Of a DNA stretch of 14,253 nt, positions 8,798 to 14,253 are shown one piece after another. The position numbers were made by a program, and so were the translations under genes. Below the pieces are notes generated by a model, which was given only the letters and a program-made list of their open reading frames with translations, searched no databases and had not been told where the DNA came from. This DNA is from Selaginella moellendorffii. Its lineage: Eukaryota; Plantae; Lycopodiophyta. Each line of letters opens with the position of its first letter. Within the stretch, counting starts at the first letter, position 1. The DNA lies in assembly GCF_000143415.4 (NCBI RefSeq), contig NW_003314294.1:1459407-1473659 (forward strand), written 5' to 3'.

Positions 8798-9312
8798 CTC
8801 GGACTCCATCTCAGGTCCTTCTGGGACTCCATCTCGGATTCCATCTCGGACTCCGTCTCGGTCTATCTCGAACTCCATCTCGAACTCCATCTCGGGTCCA
8901 TCTCGGGTCCATCTCGGGTCCATCTCAGGTCCTTCTTGGGTCCATCTCGGGTCCATCTCAGACTCCATCTCGGGTCCATCTTAGACTCCATCTCGAACTC
9001 CATCTCAGGTCCATCTCGGACTCCATCTCAGGTCCATCTTAGACTCCATCTTGGACTCCATCTCAAGTCCATCTCGAGTCCATCTCAGACTCCATCTCGG
9101 ACTCCATCTCGGGTCCGTCTCGGACTCCATCTCAAATTCCATCTCAGGTCCATCTCGGGTCCATCTCAGACTCCATCTCGGGTCCATCTCGGACTCCATC
9201 TTAGGTCCGTCTCGGACTCAATCTTGGGTCCATCTCGGACTCCATCTCAGACTCTATCTCGGGTCCATCTTGGACTTCATCTCGGGTCCATCTCGGGTCC
9301 ATCTCGGACTCC
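8798..9312. repeat. Minisatellite of interspersed 12-bp (CTCGGACTCCAT) and 11-bp (CTCGGGTCCAT) units
   Basis: Seen directly. The TCCATCTC core recurs every 11-12 nt for ~515 bp. Confidence 0.96.
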
Positions 9313-10139
9313 TCCACGTGTCATGTGTTGGTCCATTTGGGTCCCTTTTTGGAGCCTCGCTTATTGCTCGCTTTGTGCTCGTTCCTCGAGCATTTTGTTG
9401 GGAGTTCTACTCCCGCTCTTGACCTTTCAAGTTGGAGCTTTTAGCCCAAACGTGTTACGCTCGTTTGGCTTTTGCTTTGGCCACTACCATGTGGTGCCCT
9501 TTCGGCTCCTCTTTGGGGCCTAGGGATCTTGTGTCTCACACCTTCATCTCCAAAAAATGGCATAATAAAAAACACTTGGAGTCATTGGTTACAACGATTT
9601 TAGTGGGAAGATGCTGGCTGTGTGACACCTTAGACAGTGGCTGAAGAGAATTGAATTCAGTTGCATCTTGTGAAAGATGGACCTGATCTGGAGTTACTTT
9701 AACATCAAGCTCTATGAGAGAGATTTGGTCCCAAGTGAAACAATTCAAGAAGCCCATCCTCAATTAGGAAACACTCCAAAAAGTTAGATATGGAAGCTGG
9801 CACAATATAAGCCCCACCATCAAATAAAGAGGGTGTGGTTAGAGGCTCAACCTTACTCTCAAATAAAGAGAGTGAGGCTGAGAGTTGTCCAGAGCTGTCT
9901 AACTCACCTCCAACAATGTCAATCACATTGCATGAGAAAGCATTTGTTGCATATATAGGCGACTCCATTGCTAACTCGGGGAAAATCTCTGTGAGCTCAA
10001 GAGGAAAGTGTGGTGTGGAGACCATCTTAGCCTGAACCTTCTAGGTGTGTTGAGAAAGAGCTTTGCCATGGTTGTTGAGAAAAGTGGCACTATGGATTCC
10101 ATCGCTAATTTCCATCTTGCCTTCTACATTGTCGATGGG

Positions 10140-10480
10140 GGTTGCAACTTGCCACAAGTGACCAAAGATGATAGAGTCGTTCAAAGAGGAAATTCCAAGA
10201 CATTAGTAGTCAGCCACAAGGAAATCTACCTCAGAAAACACCTTGCACCAAGACCTTAACACCACAGTAAATGCCTGCTAGAGGAATAGTGTGATTGGCA
10301 AAGGTTTTGAGCATGATGGAGGAGTTCTTGGTGATCTATAGTCGTGCTAAGAGGGCAGCTTTAAAAGAGATAATATTGCTCCCAAAACTGAAGTCAACCA
10401 AAGCATCCATCTTGCAAGAGGAAATACCAATTTGTGCCAGGACGAAGAATGGACTAGGATATCCACCATATCTTGTCATG
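10140..10480 (-). pseudogene. Retropepsin-type aspartic protease of C2, decayed
   Basis: Translation ...KMDALVDFSFGSNIIS... resembles the ALVD(S/T)G active-site motif (D at 10393-10395, DxG degraded). Downstream EVDFLVAD...SIIFGHLW resembles the DFLVxD...ILGRPW C-terminal motif. It contains a stop and frameshift(s). Confidence 0.8.
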
Positions 10481-11032
10481 TCACCGATATGCACCTCTTG
10501 AAGAGTCCTATTGAGAGTGCTCTGTGGTGTTCCTAACCATGCAAACTCCTCCAAATGCTAGCTAAATCTAGGGATAAGGCATAACATGTCCTAAAGTGAA
10601 AAGGTGACAGGAGTGTTAATAAGCTTCTAAAGAATCGGCTCCGAAACATGAATAGCTTTTGGTGAGATCCCAGAAGGAGAGGAGAGTAGTGACTTGAAGA
10701 GGAGCTTACAAGCCACCCTCTATATTACAGGATTTGGTACTAACAGAGATTCACTCTCAACTGATGCCGGGAGATCCATGACAAGCTGAGTGGTTGCCTT
10801 CTTCTTTGCTTGGGCTTGAGTGGCTATGGTTTACTACTGCTGTCTATAGAGTTCCTCAGCCACCAAAATTGTGTTGACTAATGAGGCTAGTACTTTGCCT
10901 TTGCTTGACAAAGGAGCTACCTCGATCACTTGTTATTCCAACTGTTAGACCACAAGATGGTGTGGAGTTGTTAGTGAAGGGATGTCGCTAGATACGTTGA
11001 GAAAGTGAAGGCCAAAGCTTTAGGTGAAGCTT

Positions 11033-11915
11033 AAAGTAGCATTGTATGTTATGTGTGTTCATCTCACAATGAGGTGCACCAATGGGACTTGAATTGGTAT
11101 TCTTGAGCTACAACAGCCTCTTTCCTAGAGCAACTCGTCATAGTGTGATTGTTGCCGAAGAATGATCTCCTTCAGTTGCTGCATCTCAGTGGCAAAGTTC
11201 TCAATAGCCAGAGGTGTATGTTCAATGGCGATGGGCTTTAATGTTGATGGACGGACAGCTGTACAAGGTGACTCTAATGGGGTGATGACTTGGTCAAAAT
11301 CAACTCTAGCAATCCCCAGGTTGACAAAAAGCTCTCTTTCTAGCTTTGTGGCAAACGAAAATGCCTTGCGGCAAAGAAGTTTCCACTATAAGTTCCCATG
11401 CAAACCTGCTATGAATGTTATGATCCCTTGCTACTCATCTTGGATCACTTTACAATCCCAACACTGCTTCCAGTATGCTTGAAACCTGGTGATGTAGTCA
11501 AGAATAGACTCGTGAGCACCCTGCCGGAACAAAAAAAAATGTTGATAAGTAGCTAATTTGTGGGTTTTTCTTCAATGAAATGTTCTCTAAGAAAAGCAAG
11601 TAGTGTATGGAAGTCCATCCGATCCTTTGGGAGAAGAGAATCTGCCCAAGTTGCCGGTTTGCCTTTGAGAGATTGCAAGAAGTTGTAGCATATACAATCA
11701 TCGTCGATGATCATATTTGTGGTGTAGTAGTAATCAAAACGACTGATATGTGATGTTGGAGAGATTGTTCCAACACCTAAGAAGGTTGGTAGATCACTCC
11801 CATTTTGCAAAACATGGAGCTGGGGTCGAGTTAAAGGTGGCTATGCCATAACTCATAGATCTAAGTCACTGGAATTTGCCGAGGATGAAGAAGACCTGGC
11901 TCGAGAAGGTGCCAT
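11033..11915 (-). pseudogene. gag: Ty3/gypsy Gag (Retrotrans_gag-like capsid, MHR-like motif and CCHC zinc-knuckle remnant), decayed
   Basis: Probable ATG at 11915 (MAPSRARSSS). LPTFLG...SHISRF...DDCICYNFLQSLKGKPATWADSL...FLREHF is followed, after a frameshift near the A9 run (~11531-11539), by RQGAHESILDYITRF...ITFIAGL. A knuckle remnant WCT/HCEMNTHNIQCY lies at ~11081-11035. Several TAG/TGA stops are consistent with C>T changes. Confidence 0.9.
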
Positions 11916-12330
11916 ATCATACCTAAGTTGCCTCTAGATGCTAGAAAGTTTACTTCATACCTTAGTGCCTTGAGGTATAGTAAAAGGGTACTAATTTGCC
12001 TCATGTCTAGTTTGTACCGGCATCAAATACTTTGAACATTGCAAATGCTTGGTTAAGGCAATTGGGTTGATAAAAGCAATAAGACTATAGACTTCTTCAA
12101 AGCATAGAAAGAAGAGTCCTTAGCCAAAATAAATGGCTTAGAGCCTTTTACCTTGTCCACAAGTTGCTCAAATTTGCCCAAAATGCCCGTGACAAAGATA
12201 AATATGCTTAGAAATGGAAGGAGATGTAGGCCGGCTACTAAACATGCTTTAGTGCAGCTCCTTCAACATCCTAGGACACACTTTAAAGCATATATAACCA
12301 CTGAGTCTCAAGTAACTACTGACAACTTAT

Positions 12331-12458
12331 AGTAACTAGTAACTAGTAACCCCTTACTCTCGCTCTTACTCTAGTGCCTACTCCAACACCAACTCCTACT
12401 CCTGCACCAACTCTTGCACCTGCTCCTGATTCTACTCCTAATCCTACTCCTACTCCCT
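12331..12458. repeat. Short tandem repeats in the C2 leader: (AGTAACT)x3 followed by a degenerate CCTACT/CCAACT/CCTGCT hexamer tract
   Basis: Seen directly. Confidence 0.75.
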
Positions 12459-13155
12459 GAAGATTGCTTCTTTCCCAAGAAACTTTCATGAAAGTTTAGC
12501 CCAAAAAAGAAAAATGAGTACCCCAGTCTTGATCCTTCACCATTTTGATTGTAAAATGTTCAAAAGACCTCAGCCCCATCTACCACACTACTCTTAGAAT
12601 TTGTAATGAAAATGCCTCAATATCCTGTGAGATCCAAGAAAATATAGCTCAAAACACCAATTTTGTGGAAAAACATCTGCATGTCACCAATCCAGATTAA
12701 TACCAAGGTGCTGTTGATATTTTCAAAAAACATAGGATTAGAAACACTTCCAGCATCTATAAAAAAGCTCAGAGAAGCATGAATTTTTGTTGCAAAGATG
12801 CCTTTATTTAGCAGGAGAAGAAAATCCTTTTGCATACTACAAATTCTCCTAAATCCAACACCAAGAATCACCACTACTTATAAATATAGAGCAGATCTAT
12901 AAACCCAAATGCATTTCTTTGAAAAATTAGGCCAAGAATCTAGGTGAGAAAGTGAAAACCCTAAAATGTTTACCAAATTGAGCTAAATACTGCATAACTT
13001 GATGAGCATCATACCTTGCTGGAAAGAGGAGCTCAAGACCTATCCAACGTGCCCAAGATCAAGTAAAACCGCTGCAAAACAAACAAGAAATCACTCCTCA
13101 AAGCCTATGACCGAAAGAAAAAGAGAGAAATTGTCCCATAGAAAGCAATGCATAG

Positions 13156-13172
13156 TTATGCTAGGTTCACCA
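13156..13172 (-). promoter_or_regulatory. Primer-binding site, probably tRNA-Trp type, decayed
   Basis: The minus strand reads TGGTGAACCTAGCATAA, 2 nt after the LTR end CCCCTAACA. The complement of the plant cytosolic tRNA-Trp 3' end, recalled from memory, is TGGTGAACCCGACGTGA. The first 9 nt are identical, 12/17 match overall, and all mismatches are transitions. Confidence 0.75.
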
Positions 13173-13174
13173 TT

Positions 13175-13314
13175 TGTTAGGGGAAGGAGAGGTGCCTCCC
13201 CCAACACTCGCTCAAATACAAGAAATGTTCCAATGCTCTTCACAAATACCCCCTTTTTGCCCTTGTGGGGCAAGGGTTTTATACAAGGAAAATGAGGAAT
13301 ATTCTAGGAATTGG
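13175..13314 (-). mobile_element. 5' LTR of C2, lacking its outer ~45-50 bp
   Basis: 116/130 identical to 5214-5343. Similarity to the C1 LTR fades at ~13310-13314, and the CT repeat and CCCTAACA terminus are missing. Confidence 0.88.
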
Positions 13315-13797
13315 TCTTGGTCAACCCTAAACCAGATTGCCCCCTTAACTAGAGGAATTTAATTTCTAACATGGTCATGACTAAGGAACTCAATGAAGCT
13401 AATAATGTGGAGCTAGAAGGGATAGAGGAGCTAGATTCTAAGTGCAATAAGAAAGACGATTTGCAACTATATATAATTCACACTTGAGAATGGCAAAGGA
13501 AAATTGTAATAGAGGAGGGCTGTAGCTAAGAAGCCCAATGCTGTGGAAGAAGGGATAAAGCTTTCTTTAAAGGAGCTAAAGCCTAAAATTAAAGAGATGA
13601 CAAAGTATATCAAGGAATCTCTTGTACAGCTCCAAAAAATTCTCACCACTGATGATAGCTGGGGAGCCCTAAAACTACTTGTGAAGCAAGTGGATAAAGA
13701 TTGGCATAGAGCCAAGGGTGAATAAAAGAAGACTCAGAGTGAAAAGATTAGTGTTTTTGCCATGTTTGAGAAGGATAATCTAATATGACCTTATATG

Positions 13798-14253
13798 TGT
13801 AAGTAATTAATTTTTCCATTGTACTTTAGTCACTTAACCACACCTCTGACCACTTGGAGGAGTTTCATTCACAACCTCCATAAATCCAATTCAGGACTTA
13901 GGGCTTGCTAGCCCTGAGAATGGCATTCATACCACTCAACTTTTGCATTTGGTCCAAGTGCTCCATGTGTCCAATCCTATGACCCGCACCCCAAGGTACC
14001 ACCAACATATCAGCCCATTATGCTAAAGCTATGCCCATTCACCTTAGTCACACTGGTGGTCCAACACCACCTACATCATAGTCTTGTCTCTTAAAGACTG
14101 GGCCATCCGTTTATGAGTAATCATCTTAGATCCACTCTTTAGCATCCTTAAGATGTTCACAATCATAGGGAATTACTTTCCCCAATATCCCTTTATAGTC
14201 CTCACTAAGTTCCTTTTTTGTCCATGGCCGTATTTGCCAACACTACCACTAGA
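13798..14253 (-). mobile_element. A2-family LTR (3' end), running off the window
   Basis: Starts TGTAAGTAATTAATTTTTCC, a direct homolog of 7626 onward (51/60 identical in the first 60 nt). There is no PBS on its flank, so ATATG (13793-13797) is the predicted TSD. Confidence 0.92.

Larger units (their letters stand above)
7626..9540 (-). mobile_element. Solo LTR (1915 bp, family A2) with 5-bp TSD CCTTC
   Basis: CCTTC(7621-7625)|TGTAAGCGAC...GTGTCTCACA|CCTTC(9541-9545), with TG..CA termini and a 7/10 terminal inverted repeat. The strand is inferred from the motif shared with PBS-oriented LTR B. Confidence 0.93.
5214..13314 (-). mobile_element. Near-complete Ty3/gypsy-derived, apparently non-autonomous LTR retrotransposon C2 (LTR-PBS-leader-gag-PR-unknown-tandem array-LTR)
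   Basis: Two same-orientation short LTRs (116/130 identical) and a PBS next to the right-hand one. Gag and protease motifs lie on -, and no RT/RH/INT motifs were recognised. Confidence 0.85.

Noticed and set aside
8798-9312. CRISPR-like array
   Set aside because: The units are 11-12 bp and contiguous with no unique spacers, there are no cas genes, and the context is eukaryotic TE DNA.
8524-9523. ORFs with RP, ET, SD/SV or ISGPSRVHLG repeats (up to 195 aa)
   Set aside because: They are translations of the 6/11/12-bp repeats, open in several frames on both strands.
9541-9557. PPT-like GGAGATGAAGG on - before TG at 9540, suggesting the 3' LTR of the gag element
   Set aside because: GAAGG is one copy of the CCTTC TSD also found at 7621-7625. 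The gag element's own LTRs are the short ones.
11162-11482. Plus-strand ORFs over gag/PR (also 9835-10501)
   Set aside because: They are antisense shadows of the minus-strand gag-protease frame.
12505-12525. AAAAATGAGTACCC shared by the C2 leader and 3' region (5632-5645)
   Set aside because: It is too short and A-rich to distinguish from chance without more copies.

Overview
This is eukaryotic, most likely land-plant, heterochromatin-type DNA made almost entirely of nested, decayed LTR retrotransposons. I find no intact host gene, RNA gene or CRISPR array. Family labels A1, A2, B and C are my own. From left to right: (i) the 3' end of an LTR (A1, 1-743, +) inserted into the leader of element B; (ii) element B (- strand), with a tRNA-iMet PBS at 1030-1040 and a 1151-bp LTR at 1043-2193, inserted into element C1; (iii) the 3' part of short-LTR element C1 (2194-3666, +), inserted into (iv) an A2-family LTR (3667-4513, +). 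This makes a four-level nest. After ~700 bp of unassigned DNA containing an 87-nt hairpin comes an almost complete second family-C copy (C2, 5214-~13314, -). C2 has ~170-190 bp LTRs, a tRNA-Trp-like PBS, a decayed Ty3/gypsy gag + zinc knuckle + protease, no recognisable RT/RNaseH/integrase, a 3x278-bp tandem array and no obvious PPT. C2 is interrupted by a 1915-bp A2 solo LTR with a perfect CCTTC target-site duplication and an internal 6-bp to 11/12-bp minisatellite. A third A2 LTR starts at 13798. The best candidate for something undescribed is family C, a putative non-autonomous gag-protease-only retroelement. Its novelty cannot be established without database searches. All alignments were done by eye.
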